DNA from: an uncultured Candidatus Saccharibacteria bacterium | GTDB taxonomy: Bacteria; Patescibacteriota; UBA1384; JACPKC01 | Assembly (NCBI GenBank): GCA_964423885.1 | Contig: CAYRGD010000003.1 | Coordinates: 73,270-137,269, forward strand | DNA length: 64,000 nt | Direction: 5' to 3' | In this document: piece by piece, positions 11,235-21,382 of the stretch | How the letters are laid out: every line of letters begins with the position of its first letter | Position numbering within the stretch: position 1 is the stretch's first letter | Notes under the pieces: model-generated | The model's input: the letters and a program-made list of their open reading frames with translations, nothing else | The model's database searches: none | What the model was told of the DNA's origin: nothing | Program-made: the position numbers and the translations under genes

Positions 11235-12329
11235 ATGCGCACGGAACACCTCAGCTATCTTGTCGATCCCGAACGGCACGGTCCGTTGTCGCTCACGGAG
11301 TTTGCCCGGGAGGGCGGGCACGTGACGGCCGGCATCCTGCGTGCCGACACAGCCTGGTATCCGATCATCGGTGGAATTCCCCGCCTTCTCGTCGGCGAAC
11401 TTAGGACGACACTGCTCCAGACGCATGCCGATTTCTTCAAGGCATGGCGCGCCAAGTTGCCGGCCCAAGCGATCGCCGAGTGGCAGCAGGCGCTCGCCGT
11501 GATCCCCGATCTCGACCGGTTCCTTGCCCATCAGCGGCGGACGGCGGAAAGCTTCGCGTTCGAGTGGCGGCACATCTATCGCGAAAACAACTACGAACGT
11601 CAGAATTTTTTTCACTTCCTGGCTCCGTTCATTGGCGAGCGCGAGTTACGTCGGCAGATCACGCTCGATATCGGTTGCGGTTCGGGCCGGTTCACGAAAT
11701 GGGCGGCACAGAGCGGTACGGCAGTCTCGTTCGGCAGTGACCTGGGCGAGTCGGTAGCAGTCGCCTACGAGCTGACGAAAGAGCTTCCGAACGCCTGCAT
11801 CGTCCAGGCCGACATTTACGCGATGCCGTTCCGCGCCTCGATCGATATCGCCTACTCGATCGGCGTCCTGCATCACCTGCCCAAGCCGCAGGAGGGATTC
11901 GCCCGGCTGCCGCTGGTAGTGAAGCCCGGCGGCGAGCTGCTCATTTGGGTCTACAACCGTCGCAACAACGCCCGGGCGCTATACCTGTACGAGCCGCTCC
12001 GCGCCGTTGCGCGGCATCTGCCGAAGCGCTTGTTGCTTGCGCTCTGCTACCTGCCGGCTGCGCTTGTGCATGGCATCAATGTGCTCGGACACGGCCTGCG
12101 CCGTATGGGTTTTACGGGCGCTGCCAAGCGTTTGCCGTTCGCCTACTACATGCACTTCCCGTTCAACATGAAACTCAACGACGCGTTCGACGTATTGGCG
12201 ACGCCGAAAAGCAACTACTACCGCGTCGAAGAGATCCGGACCTGGTTCCGCGAGGCGGGTCTGAAACGGATCCGGACCCACGAGCATCCCGAGGCGGGGA
12301 TTACCGCGATAGGTACGCATGGCGACTAG
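11235..12329 (+). CDS. Class I SAM-dependent methyltransferase with Trm112-like N-terminus
   Basis: YPIIGGIPRL, LDIGCGSGR and YSIGVLHH motifs. Confidence 0.85.
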   Translation: MRTEHLSYLVDPERHGPLSLTEFAREGGHVTAGILRADTAWYPIIGGIPRLLVGELRTTLLQTHADFFKAWRAKLPAQAIAEWQQALAVIPDLDRFLAHQRRTAESFAFEWRHIYRENNYERQNFFHFLAPFIGERELRRQITLDIGCGSGRFTKWAAQSGTAVSFGSDLGESVAVAYELTKELPNACIVQADIYAMPFRASIDIAYSIGVLHHLPKPQEGFARLPLVVKPGGELLIWVYNRRNNARALYLYEPLRAVARHLPKRLLLALCYLPAALVHGINVLGHGLRRMGFTGAAKRLPFAYYMHFPFNMKLNDAFDVLATPKSNYYRVEEIRTWFREAGLKRIRTHEHPEAGITAIGTHGD

Positions 12330-13428
12330 GCAGCGCATCGTTCATCTGATCGGATCGCTCGGGAGCGGCGGCTGCGAGCATATGCTGCTGCGGACGCTGC
12401 CCCGCCTGCACGACGAGCGGTTCGAGCAGACCGTCGTGACGTTGTTCGCACCGGGCAGCTTGACGTCTCGGTTCGAAGCGGCCGGCGTGGCCGTAGAGTC
12501 TGTTCGCGCGCGGTCGCTGCTGGAGCTTCCAGGCAACCGGGTCCGTACGGTACTCCGCGAGCTGCGGCCGGCGCTCGTGCTCACCTATCTTGCCCATGCC
12601 GACCTGGCCGGTCGGCTTATCGGACCGCGGCTCGGCGCACCGATCCTGCCGTTCCTTCGGACGACGTATAACGGGAACCGCTACTGGTCCGCCCGGCTGT
12701 TCGAGCGGTTGACCGCGCCGCTTGTCCGCCACTATCTGGCCAATTCCGAGGCGGTCGCATCATACTACGAGCGGTCGTACGGCATTGCCCGCGACCGGTT
12801 TACGGTGCTGCCGAACGGTATCGACCTCGCTGCGTACGACGCTGCCGACGGATCGCATATCCGCGCCGAGTTGGGCTTGGATCGACGCGAGCTGCTGATC
12901 GTTTGCGTCGCGAACTTGGCGCGCAACAAGGGCCACCGGTTCCTGCTCAATGCCTTCGACCGGATCGCCAACGAGTGGCCGCAGGTCCGTTTGGTGCTCG
13001 TGGGCGAGGGCGCGGAACAGGGTGCGCTCGAGGCGCAGCGGGCAATGTTGGCTGCGAAGGCTCGTATCCACCTCCTTGGCCGGCGGACGGACGTACCGGC
13101 GATACTCAAGGCGGGCGCGGTGTTCGCCCTGCCGACCGAGTTCGAGGGTATGTCGAATGCCATCCAAGAGGCGATGGCGGCGCGCTTGCCGATCATCACG
13201 ACGGATATTCCCGAGAACCGTGCACTCGTCGCCCACGACCGCTCCGGTCTGCTGGTGCCGGTCGGGGATGCGGCCGCACTTGCCGCTGCGCTCGTGCCGC
13301 TGCTCGACGACGCAGCGATGCGGGAACGGCTTGGCGCCGCTGCGCGGGAAACAGTCGAGGCGCGGTTTTCGATGGACGCGGTACTCGCCCAGTGGCGGAC
13401 GATGTTCGCAGCGCAGGCGCCGGCATGA
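12319..13428 (+). CDS. Glycosyltransferase family 4
   Basis: GGCE, PNGID, KGH and EGMSNAIQEAMA motifs. Confidence 0.9.
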   Translation: MATRQRIVHLIGSLGSGGCEHMLLRTLPRLHDERFEQTVVTLFAPGSLTSRFEAAGVAVESVRARSLLELPGNRVRTVLRELRPALVLTYLAHADLAGRLIGPRLGAPILPFLRTTYNGNRYWSARLFERLTAPLVRHYLANSEAVASYYERSYGIARDRFTVLPNGIDLAAYDAADGSHIRAELGLDRRELLIVCVANLARNKGHRFLLNAFDRIANEWPQVRLVLVGEGAEQGALEAQRAMLAAKARIHLLGRRTDVPAILKAGAVFALPTEFEGMSNAIQEAMAARLPIITTDIPENRALVAHDRSGLLVPVGDAAALAAALVPLLDDAAMRERLGAAARETVEARFSMDAVLAQWRTMFAAQAPA

Positions 13429-14219
13429 ACACGGTGAGCGTCCTGCTTGGGGTGCACAACGGCGAACGTACGCTCGGCCGGTGCCTTGCCAGTATCGCGG
13501 CCCAAACTGTACCGCCGCTCGAAATCGTCTGCGTCGACGACGCATCGACCGACGGCACTGCGGCCGTGATAGCCCGGTGGCAGCAACAGTTCCGGGGGGG
13601 TATGCTCCGTTGTATCCAGAACGCCCAGAACCTGGGCCTCACCAAATCGTTGAACGTGGGTCTCGCCACTGTCCGCGGCACCCATGTCGCCCGGATCGAT
13701 GCCGACGACTGGTGGCAGCCCGACAAACTGGCGCGGCAGCTCGCGTTCGTTGCGGCACGGCCGGAATGCGGCGTCGTCGGGACCGGGTACTGGAATATCG
13801 GGTCGAACCGCCGGACACGGATCAAGCCGCCCGAATCCGACGCAGCGATCCGGCGCACTATGTTTTTCCGCAACCCGTTCGCGCACAGCACGATCCTGTT
13901 CAACACGGCACTTGTCCGCTCGCTCGGCGGCTACGATACTGCCGTCCGGTACGGCCAGGACTACGAGCTCTGGCTGCGCTGCTGGCCGCACACGGCGTTC
14001 GCCAACCTGCCGGAACCGCTCTGCTCCCGCTCCGTAGGAGCAGGTACTATCTCGGCCGCGAAGCAGCGGCAGCAGATGCTGCAAGCGGCCCGGACACAGC
14101 TGCGGTATCTTCGCAGCTACCGGCGTCCGCCAAGAGATTACCTCGGCCTCATCGAGCCGGCTGCAGTCGCGTTTGTACCGGCCTGGATCCGCGACGCCAA
14201 GCGCGCCATCGTGGGATAG
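13425..14219 (+). CDS. Glycosyltransferase family 2
   Basis: VDDASTD, ARIDADD and QDYELWLR motifs. Confidence 0.9.
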   Translation: MNTVSVLLGVHNGERTLGRCLASIAAQTVPPLEIVCVDDASTDGTAAVIARWQQQFRGGMLRCIQNAQNLGLTKSLNVGLATVRGTHVARIDADDWWQPDKLARQLAFVAARPECGVVGTGYWNIGSNRRTRIKPPESDAAIRRTMFFRNPFAHSTILFNTALVRSLGGYDTAVRYGQDYELWLRCWPHTAFANLPEPLCSRSVGAGTISAAKQRQQMLQAARTQLRYLRSYRRPPRDYLGLIEPAAVAFVPAWIRDAKRAIVG

Positions 14220-14222
14220 CGT

Positions 14223-15218
14223 ATGACTGTGTTTCTTCCGTTTACGGCGACGGGGTTAGGCGGCACGACTACCTTCGCGGCAAAGTTCAAGGCGGGCATG
14301 GAGGCGCGCGGGCATCGGGTGACGCTCGATGGCTCCGAGGGCTACGATGCGCTGCTCGCGATCGTCCAGTGCCCATTCCGTTACCTGCGCCATGCGAAGC
14401 GCCATGGCAAGCCGGTTATCCAGCGCCTCGATGGTACCTACTATTGGACAGTCGCAGGGTGGACGTTCCCGTTTCGCAACGCGAAAGCGGCACTGACACG
14501 TCACCTGTTTGCCGATGCTACCGTGTACCAAAGCGACTACAGCCGCGATGCGGCCAACCGGTTCCTGGGAGCGAAGCGCGGCAGGGAGGCGGTGATCTAC
14601 AACGGCGTCGATACCGCGCTGTTCTCTCCTCGCGGTCCGCACAATGATCTGCGCGAGCGGCCAGGGCAGACCGTCCTGTTTACCGCGTTGGCGTTCCGGC
14701 GTGAAAACCAGATACTGCCACTGCTTGCCGCGGTTGCCGCGTACCGGAGGCGTTACGATCCTGACGCGCTCTTGGCGATCGCCGGGACCTTTAAGGGCGC
14801 TGCGGCGGCGGTCCCGCAACGGTTCGCCCATCTGCGGCATACCAAGTGGCTCGGGCGGATCGAGAACAAAGCACTGCCTGCGTATGAGCGGGCGGCGGAC
14901 CTGTTTCTGTCCTCGGAATTGAATCCTGCCTGTCCGAACAACCTCATCGAGTCATTGGCGGCCGGCCTGCCCGTGGTCGCGATCGCCAACGGCGCGGTTG
15001 CTGAACTCGTGTCGAACGACGAAGGCCGCCTCGTCCCGTCGGAAACGTTGTTTTGGCGGAAGCGCCGTGAGAATCCGGCTGTGTTCGCGGAGGCGATCCA
15101 CGCGGCTATGCGGGACCGCGCCCGATTGTCGGCGAACGCACGGCGTCGCGCAGAGCGGGACTTTGGACTAGACTCCATGATTAGCAGCTATACGGATATC
15201 CTGAAGGCGTCCCTATGA
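14223..15218 (+). CDS. Glycosyltransferase family 4
   Basis: IYNGVD and ACPNNLIESLAAGLPVV motifs. Confidence 0.85.
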   Translation: MTVFLPFTATGLGGTTTFAAKFKAGMEARGHRVTLDGSEGYDALLAIVQCPFRYLRHAKRHGKPVIQRLDGTYYWTVAGWTFPFRNAKAALTRHLFADATVYQSDYSRDAANRFLGAKRGREAVIYNGVDTALFSPRGPHNDLRERPGQTVLFTALAFRRENQILPLLAAVAAYRRRYDPDALLAIAGTFKGAAAAVPQRFAHLRHTKWLGRIENKALPAYERAADLFLSSELNPACPNNLIESLAAGLPVVAIANGAVAELVSNDEGRLVPSETLFWRKRRENPAVFAEAIHAAMRDRARLSANARRRAERDFGLDSMISSYTDILKASL

Positions 15219-15865
15219 CGGCAGTACCGATTCGCCGGAAGTTCACGGACTTTACCGACCGCAAAGGCCGGGCAGCCTTCATTGCCAAGGCGTTCGCGGC
15301 AGAGCTCGCGGCGTCGGCAAGCGTGCTTGACGTCGGCAGTGACGTCAATACGCTGAAGCAGCTCGTGGGTCCGAAGGTCACCGGCATCGACCTGTACGGC
15401 GAGCCGGATATCCGCGTCGATTTCGAACAAGACCAGCTGACCCGCTTCAAGGACCGGGAGTTCGAGATGGTAGTGTGCACCGAAGTGCTCGAGCACCTCG
15501 ACAATTTCCATGACATGGCCCGGGAATGTTTCCGCGTGTCGGACCGGTACGTCCTTATTTCGTTGCCGAATTCGCTCAGCCTGTTCACGAAATGGAATAT
15601 CGTGTTCCACGGGACCGCCGGCAAGTTTTACGGCTTGCCGCTCGAGAAGCCCGATGATCGCCACCGCTGGTTTTTCGGCTACCAGGACGTCGACCGGTTT
15701 TTCGCCCGATGGGCGCCGGCTTGGGGCTTCGCGGCGACGAAAAAGTTCTTGACGATCAACTTTTCCGATTCCTGGCGGGGGAAGCTTGCCCGGATCGCCA
15801 CCAAATTCTTCCGTCTCAATAACGCGTCCCAGAGTTACTGGATGCTGTTTGAGCGGGAGCGCTAG
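15215..15865 (+). CDS. Class I SAM-dependent methyltransferase
   Basis: VLDVGS, VCTEVLEHL and ISLPN motifs. Confidence 0.8.
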   Translation: MTAVPIRRKFTDFTDRKGRAAFIAKAFAAELAASASVLDVGSDVNTLKQLVGPKVTGIDLYGEPDIRVDFEQDQLTRFKDREFEMVVCTEVLEHLDNFHDMARECFRVSDRYVLISLPNSLSLFTKWNIVFHGTAGKFYGLPLEKPDDRHRWFFGYQDVDRFFARWAPAWGFAATKKFLTINFSDSWRGKLARIATKFFRLNNASQSYWMLFERER

Positions 15866-17088
15866 TGCGCAAGCCGACCGTTCTGCTGTTCCAGCCGTTT
15901 CTTCGCCCGCCGGTGCTCAACATCGGCGCCTATGTGCGGCAGACCGTGTTCCGCGTGGTCGCTCCACGGCCGGACCGCCCAACCGGTTCCTTGGGTCTGC
16001 CGCCATTCGAGCAGGAGATCAAGCGGACGAAAACGACATGGTTGCACCGCATCCGCCGATTGGTCGGGATCCCCAATGTCAGGATCCGGCTCGATCCGCC
16101 ACGGACCGGCGACCTGTACTTGACCTACGCCTGCTTGCTGCTGACGCCGAAACCGTACTGCATCTACCTTGAAACGGGCCTGGCGCTCTACGCGTACGAC
16201 GCCGGTATCGCCCGGAACCCGATCGCCCGCCTTATCGCAGGCTTCCTCTTGACCCGACGCAATTGCCGGCAGGTCGTGTTCATGAGCGAGGCGTCGCGGA
16301 AAAGTTTTTTTGCGTCTGCGCGCTATCCGGGATGGGTACGGCGGTCGGTCGAAGCGAAGAGCCGCGTCATATATCCGATCCCGATCCGTAAACCCGCTCC
16401 CGTGAAACCAAAGCAGGCCGACGGTCCGATTAAGCTGCTGTTTCCCGGTACGTTTTATATCAAGGGCGGCGTCGAGACCGTGAGCGCATACGAACGGCTG
16501 CGCCGCCACCACGGCAACGTGACGCTGACCGTCGTGACGGCACTCCATGTCCTACGCCAATCCGATCGTGAACGTATGCGTTCGATCCCCGGATTGACGC
16601 TCCGCGACGCCTCGTTGACCGCCGACGAGATGGACGGACTCTACCGCAGCCACGACCTGTTCGTACTTCCGACCTACCGCGACGGTTTCGGCATGGTCGT
16701 GCTCGAAGCGCTTGCCTACGGGCTGCCGGCGATCGTCACCGACCAGTACGCGTTGCCTGAAATGGTCGTTGACGGGCAGAACGGTTTCGTAGTTCCTTCT
16801 CCCCTTAAGGATTACGATCCGGCTACGTACGAGCTGTTCGGGCGGTACTACAATCCCAAGGCGCTCTATGCGGAGCTGTTCCGCCTGCAGCGCGACGGCT
16901 CGCTGCAGCCTATAGAGGACTTTATCGTCGCGTCGGTCGAGCGATTCCTGAGGGATCCGGCTCTCGTAACGGCCATGTCGCAGGCGTCGCTCGACCGATA
17001 CCGGCGGATCTTCGATCCCGACCTGTTGGGCCGGGCGTTCGATGACGTCTTCGTCCACGCCGTGCGACCTAGGACTTCCCGCGGCTAG
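15865..17088 (+). CDS. Glycosyltransferase family 4
   Basis: FYIKGG and DGFGMVVLEALAYGLP motifs. Confidence 0.88.
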   Translation: MRKPTVLLFQPFLRPPVLNIGAYVRQTVFRVVAPRPDRPTGSLGLPPFEQEIKRTKTTWLHRIRRLVGIPNVRIRLDPPRTGDLYLTYACLLLTPKPYCIYLETGLALYAYDAGIARNPIARLIAGFLLTRRNCRQVVFMSEASRKSFFASARYPGWVRRSVEAKSRVIYPIPIRKPAPVKPKQADGPIKLLFPGTFYIKGGVETVSAYERLRRHHGNVTLTVVTALHVLRQSDRERMRSIPGLTLRDASLTADEMDGLYRSHDLFVLPTYRDGFGMVVLEALAYGLPAIVTDQYALPEMVVDGQNGFVVPSPLKDYDPATYELFGRYYNPKALYAELFRLQRDGSLQPIEDFIVASVERFLRDPALVTAMSQASLDRYRRIFDPDLLGRAFDDVFVHAVRPRTSRG

Positions 17089-18313
17089 CGTTATGCCGGC
17101 GATATTCGATCCCGAGCAGGATGACCCCGATGATCTGCAGTGCATACGCGTATCCGACGAAGCCGGCGAACGCACTTGCCGTCCGGCACCAGAGAAAGAT
17201 GCCTAGGGCGGCGATATAGGCTGCAACGGCGGCCCGGGTAGCCAGCCACGGCGTTCCGAGTCCCGTGAAGTATGTCGTCAGATAGGAACGGAGCGGCATA
17301 AAGGCAATGGTGCCGGAAGATGCCAAGGCCAACGGGTAACTTTCCTGGAACCGTCCGCCATACAAGGCCGCGAAACCCAGGCGGATGCCGATTGCCGCCA
17401 ACAGGGCGCCAATGCCCCCAAGCATCAGGTTCTGTAGGATGATGCGGCGATGGTCGAGCGCGGTCTGCCGGATGATTTTCGGCAGGTACGTGGCCGAGAG
17501 CGCGCTTACGAACCCGTTCGCCGCGCTCGCGAAGGCATACGCGAGCATGTACGTGCCGAGCGCTGCCTGGCCTGCCACGAGGCCGACGATGAGTGACTGT
17601 AGGCTTTCCGGAAGGGCAGCTGCCAGTTTTTGCAATGTGTACGCGGCCCCCTCGCGCAGCGGCAACCGGCTCCGCTCGTTCGGAATGGCGCGGGCCACGC
17701 TCCGGTAAAAGTACGTGATGCACCCGGCATTTACGATGAAGTATCCGGCGATCAGGCCGACGAGCGGCCAGTGGCGTGCCAGGCCGAAGACGAGTATTCC
17801 CGTGGAGAGCAGGTTCTGCAGCAGGATGCGCAGCGTCGGTGCGCGGAAATCCTGCTTGCCCTCATAATATGCGTACCAATTGTTGAGGCCGTAAAATACC
17901 GGTGCCGCGATCCCCGCGATCCCGAACGAGTAGCCGAGCCCCGGTTGACCCTGCGCAACATACCAGCTGCCAATAGTTACGAGGATGGCGGTCGTCAGCA
18001 GGTTCATCGCAGCATTGAGGCGGGTTGCGCCCAGAAGGATTTCCGGCTTCCCCTGTGCGACGCCGCGTAAACTGACGGTATTGAGTCCCGGTAGGCCTGC
18101 GAGCGAGGCGAGCGAGGCCGTGGCGAAGACGAATTGGTAGTTACCGTACAGTTCGGGTGACCCGAGGCGGGCGAAGGCGACCGATGTCGCGATCGAGAAC
18201 GCGCTCGCCGCGGTATACCGGAATCCGACCCAAAAACCGCTGGCAGCGAAGTACTGTACGTCGAGGCCGAGTTTTCGGCTCAGCGCATCAAGGAGTCGTC
18301 CGCCGTTGGTCAT
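17069..18313 (-). CDS. Oligosaccharide flippase (Wzx/MATE-like)
   Basis: About 12 hydrophobic segments, an ARLGSPELYGNY motif and polysaccharide-locus context. Confidence 0.8.
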   Translation of the reverse strand: MTNGGRLLDALSRKLGLDVQYFAASGFWVGFRYTAASAFSIATSVAFARLGSPELYGNYQFVFATASLASLAGLPGLNTVSLRGVAQGKPEILLGATRLNAAMNLLTTAILVTIGSWYVAQGQPGLGYSFGIAGIAAPVFYGLNNWYAYYEGKQDFRAPTLRILLQNLLSTGILVFGLARHWPLVGLIAGYFIVNAGCITYFYRSVARAIPNERSRLPLREGAAYTLQKLAAALPESLQSLIVGLVAGQAALGTYMLAYAFASAANGFVSALSATYLPKIIRQTALDHRRIILQNLMLGGIGALLAAIGIRLGFAALYGGRFQESYPLALASSGTIAFMPLRSYLTTYFTGLGTPWLATRAAVAAYIAALGIFLWCRTASAFAGFVGYAYALQIIGVILLGIEYRRHNASRGKS

Positions 18314-19440
18314 GGACGCACGACGAGTTCCAGTAGCTTGCGGCATTCCCGGGCCACGTCGAAGTCCCGTTCGATCCGCTCACGCGCCTGCTGCCCGCGC
18401 GCCGTGCGTGCCCCGGAATCACCGATCAACGCGCGGAGCGCTGTTTCAAGGGCTGCGTGATCGCCGGCGGGAACGGTCGCGAACGCCGGGTCGTCGAGCA
18501 GGATGCACACGCCGCCTACGTCGCTGGCAACCGGTGCGCAGCCAGCAGCCATCGCCTCCATGAGCGCGTTCGGGAGCCCTTCGGCGTACGACGGCAAGAC
18601 GAAGATATCCATCGCTTTGAGTATGTCCGGGATGTCCGTGCGGTGACCAAGGAAGCGGATCTGCGGTCCGGCATAACGCCGGACCGCCTCGTCGCGTTCT
18701 TCGGTCGATCCTACGAGGAAGAACGTGACGTTCGGATGTTTCGGCGCAAGCACTGCGGCTACGGCGAGCAGATCGTCGTAGCCTTTCACCGATTCAAGGC
18801 GTCCGACGTAACCGACGAACACGTCGCCCGGGTTCTTCGGAAGGTCGGCGGCAGGACGGGCCGTGCGGAACCGGTCAAGGTCGACGCCGTTGTGGACGAC
18901 GGAGTGCGGGAGGTTCAATCGTTTGGCGACCGGCACGAGCCCTTCATGTAATAGTACGACGTGATGGGCGCTTTTCAGCACCAGGAGTCCGACCGTCCAG
19001 GCATAGAGACGCATGACGATGCCGACTACCGGGTTGCGCGGGAACCAGTTGATACCGGGAAACGTGTCGGTTTGGACGATGACGCGTTTGCCCATGATGC
19101 GCAGGAACGGGGCAGCGAGCGACGAGAAAAACATATGCTTGTTCACGAGGAACGCGTCCGGCCGTTCCCACTTCATGATACGCAGGAGTTCGGGAATGAG
19201 CGTCGGGATAATCCCGTAATTGATCGGATCAGGCAGGAACAGGTCCCATAGGCGGTAGATGGTGAGCGAGTCGGATACGACCTCTCGCCCGACTGGCGAC
19301 CCTGCTGTGACTACGACGACCCGACAATGTTTCGACAATTCGGTCGCGGTGGTGACCGCGCTCCGCATTGCGCGCCGTTCGCCGTGGACGGCATCCGCGA
19401 ACCGCGGGGCAATGAGTAGGATGGTCGGGCGGTTCGTCAT
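18310..19440 (-). CDS. Glycosyltransferase family 4
   Basis: HNGVD, VGRLESVKG and EGLPNALMEAMA motifs. Confidence 0.9.
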   Translation of the reverse strand: MTNRPTILLIAPRFADAVHGERRAMRSAVTTATELSKHCRVVVVTAGSPVGREVVSDSLTIYRLWDLFLPDPINYGIIPTLIPELLRIMKWERPDAFLVNKHMFFSSLAAPFLRIMGKRVIVQTDTFPGINWFPRNPVVGIVMRLYAWTVGLLVLKSAHHVVLLHEGLVPVAKRLNLPHSVVHNGVDLDRFRTARPAADLPKNPGDVFVGYVGRLESVKGYDDLLAVAAVLAPKHPNVTFFLVGSTEERDEAVRRYAGPQIRFLGHRTDIPDILKAMDIFVLPSYAEGLPNALMEAMAAGCAPVASDVGGVCILLDDPAFATVPAGDHAALETALRALIGDSGARTARGQQARERIERDFDVARECRKLLELVVRP

Positions 19441-19784
19441 CGCCCGGCGTTCGGGTCGTCCGGCAGGTCGCGCAGCGCGAGCCTGGTCACGAGCCGGTTG
19501 AGCACCCGTTCGGTCCGGTCCGCTTTCACGTAGATACGGTAGGAGAGGAACAAGAGGAAAATATTGCCGATTCCCAGGATCGTGCCCACGCCGGCCTGCG
19601 GCCCCAGGATATGGTCGCGGACCCAAAACGTGACCCCGGGAAAGAACGCCATCACGAGAACGCCGAGCCAGGCTGCGAGCCAGAACAGGAAGACGGGCAA
19701 CGGCTCGCGCCGCCGCCGGAAATCGTCAAACGATTTCACGAGAACAAGGGCCGCGAAAAAGGCGGCGATGGCTTGGGCGATCAT
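19437..19784 (-). CDS. DUF2304 family small membrane protein
   Basis: Three TM helices directly downstream of a DPM-like GT2, the usual DUF2304 arrangement. Confidence 0.75.
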   Translation of the reverse strand: MIAQAIAAFFAALVLVKSFDDFRRRREPLPVFLFWLAAWLGVLVMAFFPGVTFWVRDHILGPQAGVGTILGIGNIFLLFLSYRIYVKADRTERVLNRLVTRLALRDLPDDPNAGR

Positions 19785-20470
19785 CGGTCTCCTATGATGA
19801 CGCGGGTCGCGAACCGCAGGAACGTCACGACGGCCGTAATAGGGTTCTGCCCCTTGGCTTTCGAATAGTCGGTATAGATCGTTTTGACCGGCACCTCGGC
19901 AAGCGTCAGCCCGGCCTGCTTGGCCGCGTACAGGATTTCGGTGCAGATCTCGAAGCCGCCGGTGGTCAGGTGTAGCCGCTGCACCGCGCTACGGCTGTAG
20001 GCGCGGTAGCCGGACTGGGAGTCGGTCGTTTCGATCCCCCATCCGACGTGCAGGATAGCGTTCATGAGCTGGTTCCCGATCCGGCGGATGGCCGGCATGC
20101 CGGCCGGCTCCAAGAGCCGGGTACCGACGACAAGGTCGGCCTGGCCTGCGATGAGCGGTGCGAGTAGGCGGGGCAGGTCGGCGGGATCGTGCTGACCGTC
20201 GGCGTCCATCGTCACGACAAGGTCGGTATCGAGCTGCCGCGCCGCTGCCAAGCCGGTGGCCGTGGCGACGCCGACGCCGCGGTTGACGGGGTGGCGGAGT
20301 ACGGTCGCACCGGCATTCCGAGCTTCGGCTGCGGTGCCGTCGCGCGAGCCGTCGTCGACCACGATCCGGTCGATCCGGCCGATGCCGCCGAGTGTTGCGG
20401 GTAGCGCGCGGACGACGTCGCCGATCACCGGTGCTTCATTGTATGCGGGAATAAGGATCGCGAGCGTCAT
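19781..20470 (-). CDS. Glycosyltransferase family 2 (polyprenol-phosphate glycosyltransferase/DPM1-like)
   Basis: IPAYNE, VDDGSRD, MDADGQH and DSQSGYRA motifs. Confidence 0.9.
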   Translation of the reverse strand: MTLAILIPAYNEAPVIGDVVRALPATLGGIGRIDRIVVDDGSRDGTAAEARNAGATVLRHPVNRGVGVATATGLAAARQLDTDLVVTMDADGQHDPADLPRLLAPLIAGQADLVVGTRLLEPAGMPAIRRIGNQLMNAILHVGWGIETTDSQSGYRAYSRSAVQRLHLTTGGFEICTEILYAAKQAGLTLAEVPVKTIYTDYSKAKGQNPITAVVTFLRFATRVIIGDR

Positions 20471-21327
20471 GCCGAGCGCACCGCTGCAAGCTCGGCGGCC
20501 AACACGACGTTGGCGAGCAGCGAAATGACGGTCATCGGCCCGACGCCGCCCACGACCGGCGTTGCGAGCGCCGCGGTGTCCTTCGCGGCCTCGGTAATGT
20601 CGCCCTGCAGGACGCCATCTTGTTCGGACAACCCGACGTCGATCAGGACCGCACCCGGATCAACCATGGCGTCGGTGATGAGCCCTGCCCGGCCGACAGC
20701 GCTCACGACGATCGCGGCACCTCGTGTGACGGCAGCCAAATCAGCTGTCTTCGAGTCGGCCGGGACCACGTCGGCGCCGCGCGAGCGGAGCATGGCTGCG
20801 AGCGGCCGGCCGACGAGTCGGCCCTGACCGACGACAGCGATCCGCGTGTCGGCGATCGGCAACTTGTAGGCGGCAAGCAAGCGCAGGATGCCTTGCGGTG
20901 TCGCTGGCACGAATAGTTCGCGGCCAGCCTCAAGCGCGGCCTGGCTGACGCTCGTCAGGCCGTCGACGTCCTTGGCAGGCACGATCCGGTCGATGAGCTC
21001 CTGTTCGTCGATGCCAGGCACCGGAATAGGTAGCTGGAGGATGATTCCGTGGATTGCCGAGTCGCCGTTCAGCCGTTCGATCGCACTGCTAAGCATGTGT
21101 TCGACGCTGCTTGCATTGCCTGCGTCTAGCCGCACGGCCGTGACCGCGATCCCAAGCTCGGCGGCCTTCCGTTCCTTGGCGGCGACGTAGCGCCGTGTCC
21201 GCGGCTCGTCGCCCACCACAAGAATAGCCAGCCTCGGTGTCACGCCTGTTGCCGCAAGGGCGCGGACGCGCGCTGCCAAGTCCTGGGCGACGCCTGCTGC
21301 GATCTGGGTTCCGTCGATCCGTTGCAT
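20467..21327 (-). CDS. folD: Methylenetetrahydrofolate dehydrogenase/cyclohydrolase
   Basis: YVAAK, GIILQLP, KDVDG, PATP and PVVGGVGPMT motifs. The start could alternatively be 21351. Confidence 0.92.
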   Translation of the reverse strand: MQRIDGTQIAAGVAQDLAARVRALAATGVTPRLAILVVGDEPRTRRYVAAKERKAAELGIAVTAVRLDAGNASSVEHMLSSAIERLNGDSAIHGIILQLPIPVPGIDEQELIDRIVPAKDVDGLTSVSQAALEAGRELFVPATPQGILRLLAAYKLPIADTRIAVVGQGRLVGRPLAAMLRSRGADVVPADSKTADLAAVTRGAAIVVSAVGRAGLITDAMVDPGAVLIDVGLSEQDGVLQGDITEAAKDTAALATPVVGGVGPMTVISLLANVVLAAELAAVRSA

Positions 21328-21382
21328 CGGCCTCGTTTCTGGCCGGAGCATACGGGACGCGCGCGGGAAGGGCAACCGCAGC

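Noticed and set aside
12765-14647. Long alternative-frame and antisense ORFs (also 1737-3020, 50983-52953, 56919-58235 and 62112-63194)
   Set aside because: These are shadow ORFs expected in GC-rich DNA. They overlap well-supported genes and are Arg/Pro/Gly-rich without recognisable motifs.
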